Below are positions 9,465 through 18,531 of a stretch of 64,000 bases of DNA, one piece after another (within the stretch, counting starts at the first letter, position 1; each line of letters starts with the position of its first letter). Origin of the DNA: an uncultured Anaerolineales bacterium (GTDB lineage Bacteria; Planctomycetota; Phycisphaerae; FEN-1346); NCBI GenBank assembly GCA_964449275.1, contig CAYVAM010000001.1:585-64584 (forward strand), written 5' to 3'. The translations under genes were made by a program, and so were the position numbers. The notes under the pieces were generated by a model, which saw only the letters and a list, made by a program, of their open reading frames with translations, searched no databases and had not been told where the DNA came from.

Positions 9465-10757
9465 CTACACGTCCTTTTCGGGCGCGACGAGGTCGTCGTA
9501 GGTGCCGCGGCGGCGGATGAGACGGGCCTGGGACCCATCGACGAGCACCTCGGCCGGACGCGGAAACGAGTTATACTCCGACGCCATCGACATCCCGTAC
9601 GCCCCGGCGCAGAAGACGGCCAGGTAGTCGCCTCGCGCGGCCGGCGGCAGGTGGCGATCCTTGGCGAAGAAGTCGGCCGACTCGCAGATCGGACCGACCA
9701 CGTCCACCGCCTCGGTACCCGGGAATACCTCATCGCGGGTCCGCTGCTCGGGCACGAAGTCCTCGCCGGGCTCCAGTGGCCAGATGTGATGGTACGATCC
9801 GTACAGAGCCGGCCGGATAAGATGGTGCATGCCGCTGTCGCACAAGAGGAACGTGCGGTCGCCGCCCGCCTTGACGTACTGGACCTGCGTGATAAGGATG
9901 CCGGCGTTGCCGGCGATGAAGCGTCCGGGCTCCATGATGATCTTGAGGTGGCGGCCTTTGAGGATCGGGACGATGGCGGCGGCAAAGGCCCGGGCCTCGA
10001 GCGCCTGGCCGCTCTCGTAATCGGCGCCGAACCCGCCGCCGAAGTCGAGGGTCGTGATCTCGTGACCGGCGGCGCGGAGGCGGTTAATCAAGACCACGAT
10101 CTTCTCGAGCGCCTGGACGTACGGCTCGACCGTCGTAATCTGCGACCCGATGTGCGCCTGCACGCCCGTCAGGGCCACGTGCTCGCCGCCGCTTGAGGCA
10201 GCGAAATCGCCGAAGACCCGCTCGGCCCGTTCGAGGTCCACACCGAACTTGGTCTCCTTCTTGCCGGTGGCGATGTAGCGGTGCGTCTTGGGGTCCACGT
10301 CGGGGTTGACGCGAAGCGCCGCCCGTGCCGGCCGCCCCGTCTCTTGGGCCAGGCGTGCGAGGTTCTCCAGTTCGGCCTCGCTCTCGACGTTGAACAGGAG
10401 GATCCCGGAATCGAGGGCAAAGCGAATCTCGTCGTCGGTCTTGGCGACGCCGGCGTAGCAGCACGTGGCAGGGTCGCCGCCCGCCTCAAGAACCCGGTGT
10501 AGTTCCCCGCCCGAAACGATGTCGAAGCCGCTGCCCTCGTCCTTCAGGACCCGCAGAATATGGATGTTCGAGCAGACCTTGACCGAGTAGCAGATGAGCG
10601 GCTCGACGGCCGAGAACGCCGAGGCAAGTTTGCGGTAGTGCTGCCGCAGCGTGCCGGCGCTGTACAGGTAGAGCGGCGTGCCGAAGCGTCGAGCCAGGTC
10701 GGCTGCGGCGAGGTCCTCGCAATACAGCCGGCCCTCTCGATAGTCGAAACGGTCCAT
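9465..10757 (-). CDS. lysA: Diaminopimelate decarboxylase
   Basis: Fold-III PLP decarboxylase motifs (TPLYLYS, ICYSVKVCSN, DIVSGGEL, EPGRFIAG). Start is trimmed to MDRFDY after a GCAGGAGGGG RBS. Confidence 0.85.
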   Translation of the reverse strand: MDRFDYREGRLYCEDLAAADLARRFGTPLYLYSAGTLRQHYRKLASAFSAVEPLICYSVKVCSNIHILRVLKDEGSGFDIVSGGELHRVLEAGGDPATCCYAGVAKTDDEIRFALDSGILLFNVESEAELENLARLAQETGRPARAALRVNPDVDPKTHRYIATGKKETKFGVDLERAERVFGDFAASSGGEHVALTGVQAHIGSQITTVEPYVQALEKIVVLINRLRAAGHEITTLDFGGGFGADYESGQALEARAFAAAIVPILKGRHLKIIMEPGRFIAGNAGILITQVQYVKAGGDRTFLLCDSGMHHLIRPALYGSYHHIWPLEPGEDFVPEQRTRDEVFPGTEAVDVVGPICESADFFAKDRHLPPAARGDYLAVFCAGAYGMSMASEYNSFPRPAEVLVDGSQARLIRRRGTYDDLVAPEKDV

Positions 10758-10880
10758 CGGGCGCCCCCTCCTGCGGCCATCCCCCAAGTGGAAGCGCATA
10801 GTTTAGAGAGGTCGATGCAGTGTGTCAAGCGGGCGGGCCGGACTGACGGTGGCGAGATTCTTCGTGCCCGGAGCGCGGGC

Positions 10881-11020
10881 GGTTGTAGCGCCGGGCTTTA
10901 TGCCCGGTCCCGATGTATCGGGATTGGCAGCGGCGCCGGCCAGGATGCGCCGGGGATAAACCCCGGCGCTACGGCCAAACCGCAGGAAATCGTCCCATGC
11001 CGGAAAAAGTTGCCACACGC
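10881..11020. repeat. MITE-like element, copy 1. It has 23-bp terminal inverted repeats (GTAGCGCCGGGCTTTATGCCCGG ... CCGGGGATAAACCCCGGCGCTAC)
   Basis: The terminal inverted repeat (TIR) contains a small hairpin (CCGGGC-ttta-t-GCCCGG). Copies are at 10881-11020, 20089-20175 and 20176-20320 (a tandem pair) and at 43820-43897 (inverted orientation and diverged). About 40 bp of conserved sequence extends to the right of the TIR (ccgcaggaaatcgtc.catgcc.gaaa..gttgccac). Confidence 0.8.
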
Positions 11021-11042
11021 CCGTCCCGGGAGCCGGCAGAAC

Positions 11043-11070
11043 TTGACTTTGGGCCAATTGTGTGTAAACT
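11043..11070 (+). promoter_or_regulatory. Sigma70-like promoter: -35 TTGACT, 16-nt spacer, extended -10 TGtTAAACT
   Basis: This AT-rich patch (ttgactttgggccaattgtgtgtaaactt) lies in 70% GC DNA, about 175 nt upstream of the 11246 start. Confidence 0.45.
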
Positions 11071-11245
11071 TATGGTGAGGGGATATACGCACTCGGTGCT
11101 GAGTCCGCCCGCCGGCGACCCGGCCCGTTTTTTGCTGCAAGAAGGGCACGACGGCAGGCGGGTCCTCCAGTTGGACCGGCCGAACGGAGATGGAACGCGG
11201 GACACCGTGCCGCAATGGTGACCCGAGCCGTACAGGGAGGCTGAT

Positions 11246-14200
11246 ATGCGATATCGTGACGTGGCGGCCGTTATCGCCGGGGTGCTGGTGGTGGCGAGTT
11301 CGGCGGCCGCACAGACGGACTACCTGTGGATGACCGACGGCGACGGCTCGTGGACCGATTCGGGGAACTGGGCCCCTCCGGGGTTCCCGGACGGTCCCGG
11401 CGACTGGGCGCTGTTTGACCTGCCCCTGACGAGCCCGGTGACGGTCGATGTCAACGCGCCGATCACGGTCGGCCGCATCGTCCTGGCGGACTGGAACTGG
11501 GACTTGCCGCGCTTTACGCTTGCGCCGGGCCCGGGCGGCGGGTCGCTCACGTTCGACGGCGGCGGCGCCGAGGCCTCGATCGTGGGATTCGGCCGCCACG
11601 AGATCGCCGCGCCCGTTATCCTCAACGATACGCTCTGGGTCGAGAACACGGACGAGGGAGAACTGGAACTTCTGCTTTCAGGGAGCGTCGCGGGCGGGCC
11701 CGGCCAGGACCTCATCCTGGACGGCATGCGGATGAACGTCGACCTCATGGCGCCGGCCAACCCGGTCCAGGGAGCGGTTATCGTCTACCCCACCGATCCC
11801 TACAGCGAAAGGGCCGCGCTCACCCTCACCCAGCAGGGAACGGTCCTGGGAGCCTCCCATTTCGAGGCCCACCTGGGCGCCATCATCGGACTGGACAACG
11901 CCGTCACCAACGTGAACAACCGCATGGACAGTCCCCTGCGGTTGTATGGCGGGGGGCTCGGGCTGCACGGGAATGCGGCGGCAACCACCGAGACGCTTCC
12001 GCACGTGGACCTGGTCATGGGCTCCTCCAGCCTCGGCGTGAACACCTTTGTCGGAGGGGATTCGGCGACGCTTCACGTCGAGACGCTGGACCGCGCCCCC
12101 GGAGCGACCATCGAGTTCTGGGGCTGGGAGTTGATGACCACGGCGTTCATTCTGATTGGCGAACCGGCCGGCCCGACGCTCGACTGGGGCGGCCTGGTCG
12201 GTGGATGGGCCGTCGTCAGCGACTGTTCCGACCGCGATTTCGCCACGTACGCCCAGGGCCAAGGCGTCATGCCCGTGCCGGTGTATGCAAACGACATCAA
12301 CGCGGCTAACCCGCGGGACAATGTCCTGCTGGATGCGCCGGACATGCTTCTGTCGCCGAAGACGATCAACTCGGTCAAGATCGCCGGCGGACAGGCGCTC
12401 GACCTGGGCCAGAACCTGCTCAACATCGCAAGCGGTGGCGTGCTCTGCACACCGGACTCCGGCCTGCCGGCGGGCGGCCCCGTCGTCGAAGGCCAGGCCG
12501 CATCCTCTGGCGCCATCCGGAACGGACAGTTGACGGCCGGCGGCTCGTTGCCCGAGCAGCCCGAACTCATCGTCCACGTCTGGCAGGACCTGGAGATCGC
12601 CGCCGCCATCGTGGACAACGGCCTAGTCCCCGTGTCCCTGACCGTCTCGGGTTCTTCCCTTCCATGGTGGGAGTTTGCCCGGTCTTTTGACCCGGTCCTG
12701 ACCCTTTCAGGCCTTAACGCCTATACCGGCCCGACCACCATCTGCTCGGCCCGGGTTGCAGTTGATGCCGACGAGCGCCTCGGCGACCCGGCCGGCCCTC
12801 TGGTCCTTGCCGGGGGCATGGTTCAGGCCACGTCAACGTTCACGATGAACCGAGACGTCGAGGTGTACGACGGGGCCGCCTTCGAGGTTGCCCGCGACCA
12901 AACCCTGACGCTGGCCGGCGAGGTCGGCGGAGAGGCCTCCGAACTTCACGTCCGAGCCATCGACGGCGAGGACCCCGTCTCCGAACAGGGCATCGACCCC
13001 GCTGCGCCCCGCGCGACGCTTGTCCTGGCCGCGCCCAACACGTTCAAATCCAACATCGTCGTGGGTGCGGGCGGCGACGACGGACCGGTGCCCGTCCTGG
13101 AAGTCAGCGAAGATGCGAACCTCGGCGACCCGGACCAGGACATCATGCTTCGCGGCGGCATCTTCCGCGCCGCCGGGTCATTCGCCGCCCACGCCGAGCG
13201 GGTGTTCGTTATCGACTGGGCCGGAGGCGCCTTCGACGTGGACGAGGGCGAGGTCTTCTCGCTCGATGCGCCGTGGCAACTGGAAGGCGATGGTTCCGGC
13301 ATGAAGATCGGCCTCGGCAAGATGGTCGTCTCCGGATTCAATCCCCGCTACAACGGCCCGGACATGGAGGTCGCCGAGGGTGTCCTCGAACTCCGCGATC
13401 CTGCGGCCCTGAACGGGCAGCACATCACCGTGGCCGGTGGAGTGCTGAACCTGCGACACGACGCCGACGTTGAGTTCCCGGACAACGTGACCGTCCGGGA
13501 TGAAGGTGGCATCAACGTTGATGGCTCGGCGGCGGCCGACCCCGTCCTCTCGATCGCCGGCCTCGAATTGGAGGACGACGCCGAGTTGACGGTTACGGGA
13601 GGACCCGGTTACAGCCTGGCGGTCGAAGGGGATACCACCTTGCTCGGGTGGTTCGGCGTCATCCGCACCCAGACGGCCGACCTCACGCTCAACGGGACGC
13701 TGCGAATGAGCGAATCCACCGCCATGCTGATGAAGGAAGGCCCGGCCACGCTCAACGTCAGCGGCCCGCAGGCGCCGGCAGCCCTCACGAACTTCTGGGC
13801 AACGGGAGGCACAACCAACATCGACACGGACGGTGGAGGCCAGGGGGCCCCTCCTGCCCGGAACCTCACGGTCGAAGTCCATGGCTCCGGCACAGTGGTC
13901 AACTTCCGGCATAGCCAGCATCTGGCCGGTCTCAGCCTCGCCGGCGGCGGGATGGCCAATCTGACCAGCGGAGGGACAAAGACCATCGTGGTCAACGCCC
14001 TCGCGATCGATCCGGACACGCACGGCGCACCCGCGGGTACCCTCGACCTGACGGACAACAACCTCATCTGCGATTACACGGACGGCACGAGCCCGTTTGA
14101 CGCCATCGCCGGCTGGATCGCCTCCGGCTTCTGGGACGGGACGAATGGCTACTGGGACGGTCCCGGCATCACCTCGAGCGCGGCGGCCGCGCAGTCCCAG

Positions 14201-14614
14201 CGCCTGGCGGCCTTGGGCGTCATCGACAACAACGACCCCCAACTGGGCATCGGCGACCTGACGGACCTGGAGGGCGAGCCGGTGCCCGAAGATTCCGTCC
14301 TCGTCAAGTATACCTGGTGGGGGGACGCGAACCTGGACGGCATCATAAACTCCAACGACTACGACAAGATCGACACTGCGTGGCTGCTGTGGGAGAACGA
14401 AGGCCGGGAGCCTGAGGGCGGTTTCCGGTGGGCGGTGGGCGACTTCAACTACGACGGCACGATCAACTCGAACGACTACGACAAGATCGACAACGCCTGG
14501 ATCCTGAGCGGCGGCGCCCCACTCGGCGGCGGTAGGCCCGCACCGACACCCGAACCCGCCACGCTCGCGCTGCTGGCCGTCGGCGCCCTGGCCATCGCGA
14601 GCAAGCGACGGTAG
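11246..14614 (+). CDS. Giant secreted surface protein (1122 aa) with a Gly-rich beta-helix-like body, two dockerin-type Ca-binding repeats and a C-terminal PEP-CTERM anchor
   Basis: Signal peptide (AVIAGVLVVASSAAAQ). Dockerin repeats (GDANLDGIINSNDYDKID; GDFNYDGTINSNDYDKID). PEP-CTERM tail (PTPEPATLALLAVGALAIASKRR). GGGAGG RBS is present. Confidence 0.75.
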   Translation: MRYRDVAAVIAGVLVVASSAAAQTDYLWMTDGDGSWTDSGNWAPPGFPDGPGDWALFDLPLTSPVTVDVNAPITVGRIVLADWNWDLPRFTLAPGPGGGSLTFDGGGAEASIVGFGRHEIAAPVILNDTLWVENTDEGELELLLSGSVAGGPGQDLILDGMRMNVDLMAPANPVQGAVIVYPTDPYSERAALTLTQQGTVLGASHFEAHLGAIIGLDNAVTNVNNRMDSPLRLYGGGLGLHGNAAATTETLPHVDLVMGSSSLGVNTFVGGDSATLHVETLDRAPGATIEFWGWELMTTAFILIGEPAGPTLDWGGLVGGWAVVSDCSDRDFATYAQGQGVMPVPVYANDINAANPRDNVLLDAPDMLLSPKTINSVKIAGGQALDLGQNLLNIASGGVLCTPDSGLPAGGPVVEGQAASSGAIRNGQLTAGGSLPEQPELIVHVWQDLEIAAAIVDNGLVPVSLTVSGSSLPWWEFARSFDPVLTLSGLNAYTGPTTICSARVAVDADERLGDPAGPLVLAGGMVQATSTFTMNRDVEVYDGAAFEVARDQTLTLAGEVGGEASELHVRAIDGEDPVSEQGIDPAAPRATLVLAAPNTFKSNIVVGAGGDDGPVPVLEVSEDANLGDPDQDIMLRGGIFRAAGSFAAHAERVFVIDWAGGAFDVDEGEVFSLDAPWQLEGDGSGMKIGLGKMVVSGFNPRYNGPDMEVAEGVLELRDPAALNGQHITVAGGVLNLRHDADVEFPDNVTVRDEGGINVDGSAAADPVLSIAGLELEDDAELTVTGGPGYSLAVEGDTTLLGWFGVIRTQTADLTLNGTLRMSESTAMLMKEGPATLNVSGPQAPAALTNFWATGGTTNIDTDGGGQGAPPARNLTVEVHGSGTVVNFRHSQHLAGLSLAGGGMANLTSGGTKTIVVNALAIDPDTHGAPAGTLDLTDNNLICDYTDGTSPFDAIAGWIASGFWDGTNGYWDGPGITSSAAAAQSQRLAALGVIDNNDPQLGIGDLTDLEGEPVPEDSVLVKYTWWGDANLDGIINSNDYDKIDTAWLLWENEGREPEGGFRWAVGDFNYDGTINSNDYDKIDNAWILSGGAPLGGGRPAPTPEPATLALLAVGALAIASKRR

Positions 14615-14706
14615 CACCCTCGGCTGCGACCTGTCGGCCGGGCTGTCAGAAAGACAAGGACCGGGAACCTTCGCGGTTGCCGGCCCTGACGTACAGGGCA
14701 GAAGGT

Positions 14707-15276
14707 CTACTTCGTTTCGTCGCCCGTCGGTTTGGGGTTGACGATCGACGCCAACCATTCGCCGTAACGGTTGATGAGGCTCTGTGTGTTAACCGTGTTC
14801 TCGACGACCTTGGGATTGCCGGCCAGGACGTAGGCCCCTCCGGGCGTTCCGGCGACCGGTTCCATCGTCACGCGGAAGCGGAAGTACATGTGCTGCTTCG
14901 AGTCTCTCATACGCAGCCGCACCTGCCCGGCGGTGCCCAGCCATACGCGGTTCTGCCCCCCCTGTCGCACCCAACGGTACGCCGGCACGCGATCGGCCCG
15001 GAGCCACCCGTACTGCGCGCGTTCGGGCAGTTCAAAGAAGAGGTACTCGAAATCGGGGTCGGCCTCTCCGATGGGCGCGGCCGTGCGGCGAAAGAGGATG
15101 ATCTGGACCTTCCGCTGGCGGGCCAACTGGAACGTGGCCGAATCGTAGAGGACCTGTTCGTCGGGACCGCCGGTCGCGTATCGGATGCTGGCGCGCGGCT
15201 TTCCACAACCCGCCGCCACAATCGCCGCTACCGCAGACGCCGCAAGAAACACCGTTCGCAGACTCACCGTTCGCAT
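14707..15276 (-). CDS. Hypothetical lipoprotein
   Basis: The 189-aa ORF has a signal peptide plus lipobox (AIVAAGCG). No family was recognised. Confidence 0.5.
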   Translation of the reverse strand: MRTVSLRTVFLAASAVAAIVAAGCGKPRASIRYATGGPDEQVLYDSATFQLARQRKVQIILFRRTAAPIGEADPDFEYLFFELPERAQYGWLRADRVPAYRWVRQGGQNRVWLGTAGQVRLRMRDSKQHMYFRFRVTMEPVAGTPGGAYVLAGNPKVVENTVNTQSLINRYGEWLASIVNPKPTGDETK

Positions 15277-15410
15277 GCGGACACTTCCTTCTGACGCCGA
15301 CCTGTGTGGGGAAGTTTACCGCGCCCAGGTCGGTCGCGGCCACGCAAATCCGCCCAGCCGCGCGGGCGCCGGGCGCGACTGACGCAAAGACGTTCGCAGC
15401 AAATCAGGTC

Positions 15411-15439
15411 TTGCAACGACGCGGGGCTCCCGGCATAAT
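15411..15439 (+). promoter_or_regulatory. Sigma70-like promoter: -35 TTGCAA, 17-nt spacer, -10 CATAAT
   Basis: Located 52 nt upstream of the 15491 start. Confidence 0.4.
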
Positions 15440-15490
15440 GGCCGCCGATGGTCCACGACGGCGCCGGGTCGGGTTAGGTGGGGAGCCCTG

Positions 15491-16621
15491 ATGAGCGTCT
15501 ACATTAAGACGAAGCCGAGCGCCCCCGCCCAGGGTCCCTTTACCCGGACGCAACTCAAAGGCCTCGCCACGTCCGGGCAACTGAAGGCCCATTACCTGCT
15601 GTCGAAGGACATGAAGACGTGGTACCGGCTCCAGAACGTCCGAGGCCTCCTGGCTTCGCAGGGCGCTGCGGCCGGCACGGCGGCTGGACCGCCGGGCGCC
15701 GCAGCAGAAGCGACCGCGGCAGCCCCCGCCGCTGACTCGATACCCGTGGCAGAGCGGATGCCGCCCGCAGCAGGTCCGCCCGCAGCCGAGCCGGCCGGAG
15801 CGAAGCCCGACCTGATGGCAACCCTGCGAGCCAGGCCGCTGCTGCTTGCCCTGATGGCAGGCCTGGCCGGCGCCCTGCTCGTCGCGCTGATCGTCATCGT
15901 GTGCCTTCTGTTCGCCGGCGGCGGGGACGGCGGACCACCGCCCGCGCCGGCCGTCACGCCGCCGGCCGGGCAGCCGACCACGCCGACACCTCCTGCGACT
16001 ACGGCTTCGCCGCCCCAGCCGACCACCCCGGCGCCCGCGCCGCCCGCGCCGCCCCCACAGCCGCCGACGCCAACGCCCTCTGCGGTTACACCTCCCGCTA
16101 CGCAGCCGCCGCCGCCCGCGCCTCCCGCGCCCACGCCGCCGCCAACGCCTCCGGCGCCTGTGACGCCGCCTGCGACCACGCCGGCGACGCCTTCCGGACC
16201 TGTGGTTGTCCCGCCCCCTCGCGACGCCCCGACCCCGCCGCCGCCCAGGCCCAACACCAAGGCCGAGCCGGCGACGAAGCCGCAGGCGCTGGCGATCCTC
16301 ACCGTGATGTACGGCGGGCAACAAGTGCAGGCGATGGGGTCGCGCCTGTCGTTCACCCTGACGAACCGGACGGGGCTCGAGATCAAGTCGGCCAAAGGCC
16401 AAATCCGGCTGTACGACCCGTCCGGGGGCTACCTGGCCGGTCTGCCGGCCGAGATCGACGGGCCGATCAAGCGGGGCGGAACCGTGGTCAAAGAGGGCGT
16501 GTGGATGGAAGTGGGCGGCATGATCCTCGGAATGCTCAACACCTCGTCGAAGCAGATGAAGTTCAAGTTTGCCGCCGAGGAGATCACCTACACGAACGGC
16601 CGGACGGTGTCGTTCAAGTAG
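15491..16621 (+). CDS. Membrane protein with an N-terminal DUF4339/GYF-like domain, a long Pro/Thr/Ala-rich linker and a C-terminal beta-rich domain
   Basis: The N-terminus reads GPFTRTQLKGLATSGQLKAHYLLSKDMKTWYRL, a DUF4339-like pattern. A TM helix follows (LLLALMAGLAGALLVALIVIVCLLFA). A PT-rich tract is about 120 aa long. Confidence 0.5.
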   Translation: MSVYIKTKPSAPAQGPFTRTQLKGLATSGQLKAHYLLSKDMKTWYRLQNVRGLLASQGAAAGTAAGPPGAAAEATAAAPAADSIPVAERMPPAAGPPAAEPAGAKPDLMATLRARPLLLALMAGLAGALLVALIVIVCLLFAGGGDGGPPPAPAVTPPAGQPTTPTPPATTASPPQPTTPAPAPPAPPPQPPTPTPSAVTPPATQPPPPAPPAPTPPPTPPAPVTPPATTPATPSGPVVVPPPRDAPTPPPPRPNTKAEPATKPQALAILTVMYGGQQVQAMGSRLSFTLTNRTGLEIKSAKGQIRLYDPSGGYLAGLPAEIDGPIKRGGTVVKEGVWMEVGGMILGMLNTSSKQMKFKFAAEEITYTNGRTVSFK

Positions 16622-16689
16622 GCCGCGCCACTGCCTCTTCTGTCGCACGAGCCTATCCGACCGTGACGCCTGCATAGCGCGGCACAGAA

Positions 16690-16713
16690 CACGGCCGGGC
16701 AAGACCGGCCGTG
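16690..16713. terminator. Bidirectional terminator-like hairpin (CACGGCCGG-gcaaga-CCGGCCGTG) between convergent genes
   Basis: Perfect 9-bp GC stem between the 15491..16621 (+) and 16737..17912 (-) genes. There is no U-tract, which is common in high-GC genomes. Confidence 0.4.
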
Positions 16714-16736
16714 GCACATCTGTTGGGAAGGTTTCC

Positions 16737-17912
16737 CTACCCCTTCAAGCGCGAGCGCAGGTTGTCGAGGACGTTCATGAAGTTGATATAGGAATCGTAC
16801 GGCGACTCGTAGGGGTTGAAGTACTTGTGGACGTCGCCGTCGGCGAACCACTTGGTGCACATGTAGTAGAAGTGGTCGGAGGTCTGGAGCCGCCGCCAGT
16901 CGTCGAGCAGTTCGGCGTTGCCCGCCGCCTTGACCTCGTCTTCCATGCGGTACAGTTCGTGCAGGGCGTTGGACTGCATGGCGTTGCCGAGCCAGGCCGA
17001 CAGATCCCTTTCGGCATCGGCCCATGAGACCATGTGGGGGATGTCGAGTTCGGCCACGGGCTCGTATGCGGCAGCGGCGGCCGAGAGCGTCATGAAGTTG
17101 TTCTTGCCGCCGGCCAGGATGTGCTCGGGCAGGTGTTCCATGAACTCGAAGATACCCGAGTCGGCCCACTGATGCTCGCCGAACGTCTCGTAGTCCATGA
17201 ACAGGTTCACGACGTACCCGTTGCCGTTGACCTGGTCCACCCACTGGGCAAACGTCTCGGCGCGCAGCGGCCACTCGGGCCAGGACCGGTCGGAGAAACG
17301 GAACGCGATGTCGTCCGAGAGGCGATAGTTCTTCAGGAGCAGCCTGATGCCGTCGGTGCCGACGGGCCGGTACACGAAGGTCGGCGAGCGGTAGCCGAGG
17401 ATGTGGTCGGCGCCCTCGGCCGTGATGCCGGTGAAACCGAGTCCCTCGACGAAATGCGCCAAGTCGTTGTTGTAGATGAGTTCCGTGTTGCGGAACACCT
17501 TGGGGCGAACGCCGAACGCCTCGGCCATTCGGGCCGAGTGGGCCGTCACCTGCTCGCGGAACTCCTCCCGGCTGTACAGAAACGCCAGGCTGTGGTAGAA
17601 GGTCTCGGCCAGAAGTTCCACCTGCCCGGTATCCACCAGCGCTCGGAACGAATCGACCACCTCCGGCGCCCACCGCTCGAACTGCTCCAGCGCCACCCCC
17701 GTGATGGAGTAGGAGACCGCGAAATCCTTGCCGTACCGGCGCACGAGGTCCAGCATCAGCCGGTTGGTCGGCAGGTAGCAGCGAGAGGCGACCTTGCGGC
17801 AAAGTTCGGCGTTCTTGTAGTCGTCGAAGTAGTCCGTGCCGGAGTCGAACACGCTGTACCGACGCAGCCGGAACGGCTGGTGGACCTGGAAGTAGAAACA
17901 GACGCTTGCCAT
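16737..17912 (-). CDS. Glycoside hydrolase family 57 protein (alpha-glucan branching/amylase-type)
   Basis: GH57 N-terminal signature (CFYFQVHQPFRL) and an overall 391-aa GH57-like pattern. The overlapping 16588..17916 ORF is rejected as alternate-frame. Confidence 0.75.
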   Translation of the reverse strand: MASVCFYFQVHQPFRLRRYSVFDSGTDYFDDYKNAELCRKVASRCYLPTNRLMLDLVRRYGKDFAVSYSITGVALEQFERWAPEVVDSFRALVDTGQVELLAETFYHSLAFLYSREEFREQVTAHSARMAEAFGVRPKVFRNTELIYNNDLAHFVEGLGFTGITAEGADHILGYRSPTFVYRPVGTDGIRLLLKNYRLSDDIAFRFSDRSWPEWPLRAETFAQWVDQVNGNGYVVNLFMDYETFGEHQWADSGIFEFMEHLPEHILAGGKNNFMTLSAAAAAYEPVAELDIPHMVSWADAERDLSAWLGNAMQSNALHELYRMEDEVKAAGNAELLDDWRRLQTSDHFYYMCTKWFADGDVHKYFNPYESPYDSYINFMNVLDNLRSRLKG

Positions 17913-17931
17913 TCAAACGGCCTTCACGGAA

Positions 17932-17973
17932 GTTCAGAGTTCAAGGTTCAAGGTTCAAGGTTCAAAGTTCAAA
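17932..17973. repeat. Tandem heptamer array, (GTTCARR) x6, in the GH57 5' region
   Basis: The array reads gttcaga gttcaag gttcaag gttcaag gttcaaa gttcaaa. It is an inverted copy of the array at 18476-18531. Confidence 0.9.
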
Positions 17974-18027
17974 ACCAAGAGGCGACGGCAAGGGCCTGAA
18001 ACCGCGGACGGCAGCGATGCTACGGCC

Positions 18028-18432
18028 TCACGTGTACTTGCTCCCGCGCAATGGCGATCGCCGCAAGTGCTTCATCAACCCCGAGAGCATGCGACCAACT
18101 TCCAAGGCCTTGTCGTACACCAGGCGGTGTTCCGACGCGTCAATGTACCCTTGATCCAGCGCCACGCAGCAGTGGGAGCGGACCTCGCCGGAGGATCCTT
18201 TAGAGATGGCAAGGAACTGGAGAAACTCCTTGTTCCCCCCGCGCTCGAACCCCTCGGCGATATTGGCCATGGCCGAAACAGCCGCACTGCGCAACTGGTT
18301 TCGCAACGACCAGTCTTGGCCAAAAGCCGGCTTGGCCGTAATGCGGTACGCCAGCGCCACCAACTCCCTCGCTTTCTGCCAGACCTCGAGGTCCTCAAAT
18401 CGCTCGATCTTCCCCACGCCCCCACCCACCAC
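18028..18432 (-). CDS. Four-helix-bundle protein (TIGR02436-type, the family found in 23S rRNA intervening sequences)
   Basis: N-terminus reads IERFEDLEVWQKARELV...LRNQLRSAAVS...NIAEGFERGGNKEFLQFL.ISKGSSGEVRS, the family signature. The gene sits between the two inverted heptamer arrays. Confidence 0.8.
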   Translation of the reverse strand: MVGGGVGKIERFEDLEVWQKARELVALAYRITAKPAFGQDWSLRNQLRSAAVSAMANIAEGFERGGNKEFLQFLAISKGSSGEVRSHCCVALDQGYIDASEHRLVYDKALEVGRMLSGLMKHLRRSPLRGSKYT

Positions 18433-18475
18433 AAAAGGTCCAAAACTCCAACGCGAGCCTCAGGCGGTCGTTCAC

Positions 18476-18531
18476 TTTGAACTTTGAACTTTGAACCTTG
18501 AACTTTGAACCTTGAACTTTGAACCTTGAAC
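18476..18531. repeat. Tandem heptamer array, (YTTGAAC) x8, the reverse complement of GTTCAAR
   Basis: Eight units abut the GT4 stop codon. Together with 17932-17973 it forms inverted arrays bracketing the four-helix-bundle gene. Confidence 0.9.

Noticed and set aside
10560-11221. Small ORFs (10560..11078, 10913..11221, 19816..20346) with shared peptide …AGLYARSRCIGIG.GAG.DAPGINPGATAKPQEIV…
   Set aside because: The shared peptide is simply the translation of the MITE-like repeat. The conservation is at DNA level and includes the non-coding TIR hairpins.
15404-16717. 437-aa minus-strand ORF antisense to the DUF4339/PT-rich gene
   Set aside because: Arg/Gly-repeat translation that mirrors the sense-strand Pro/Thr-rich linker. 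It is an artefact of the repetitive GC-rich coding sequence.
16588-17916. 442-aa minus-strand ORF overlapping the GH57 gene in another frame
   Set aside because: The GH57 frame (16737..17912) carries the diagnostic CFYFQVHQPFRL N-terminus. The alternate frame is Arg/Gly-rich with no motifs.
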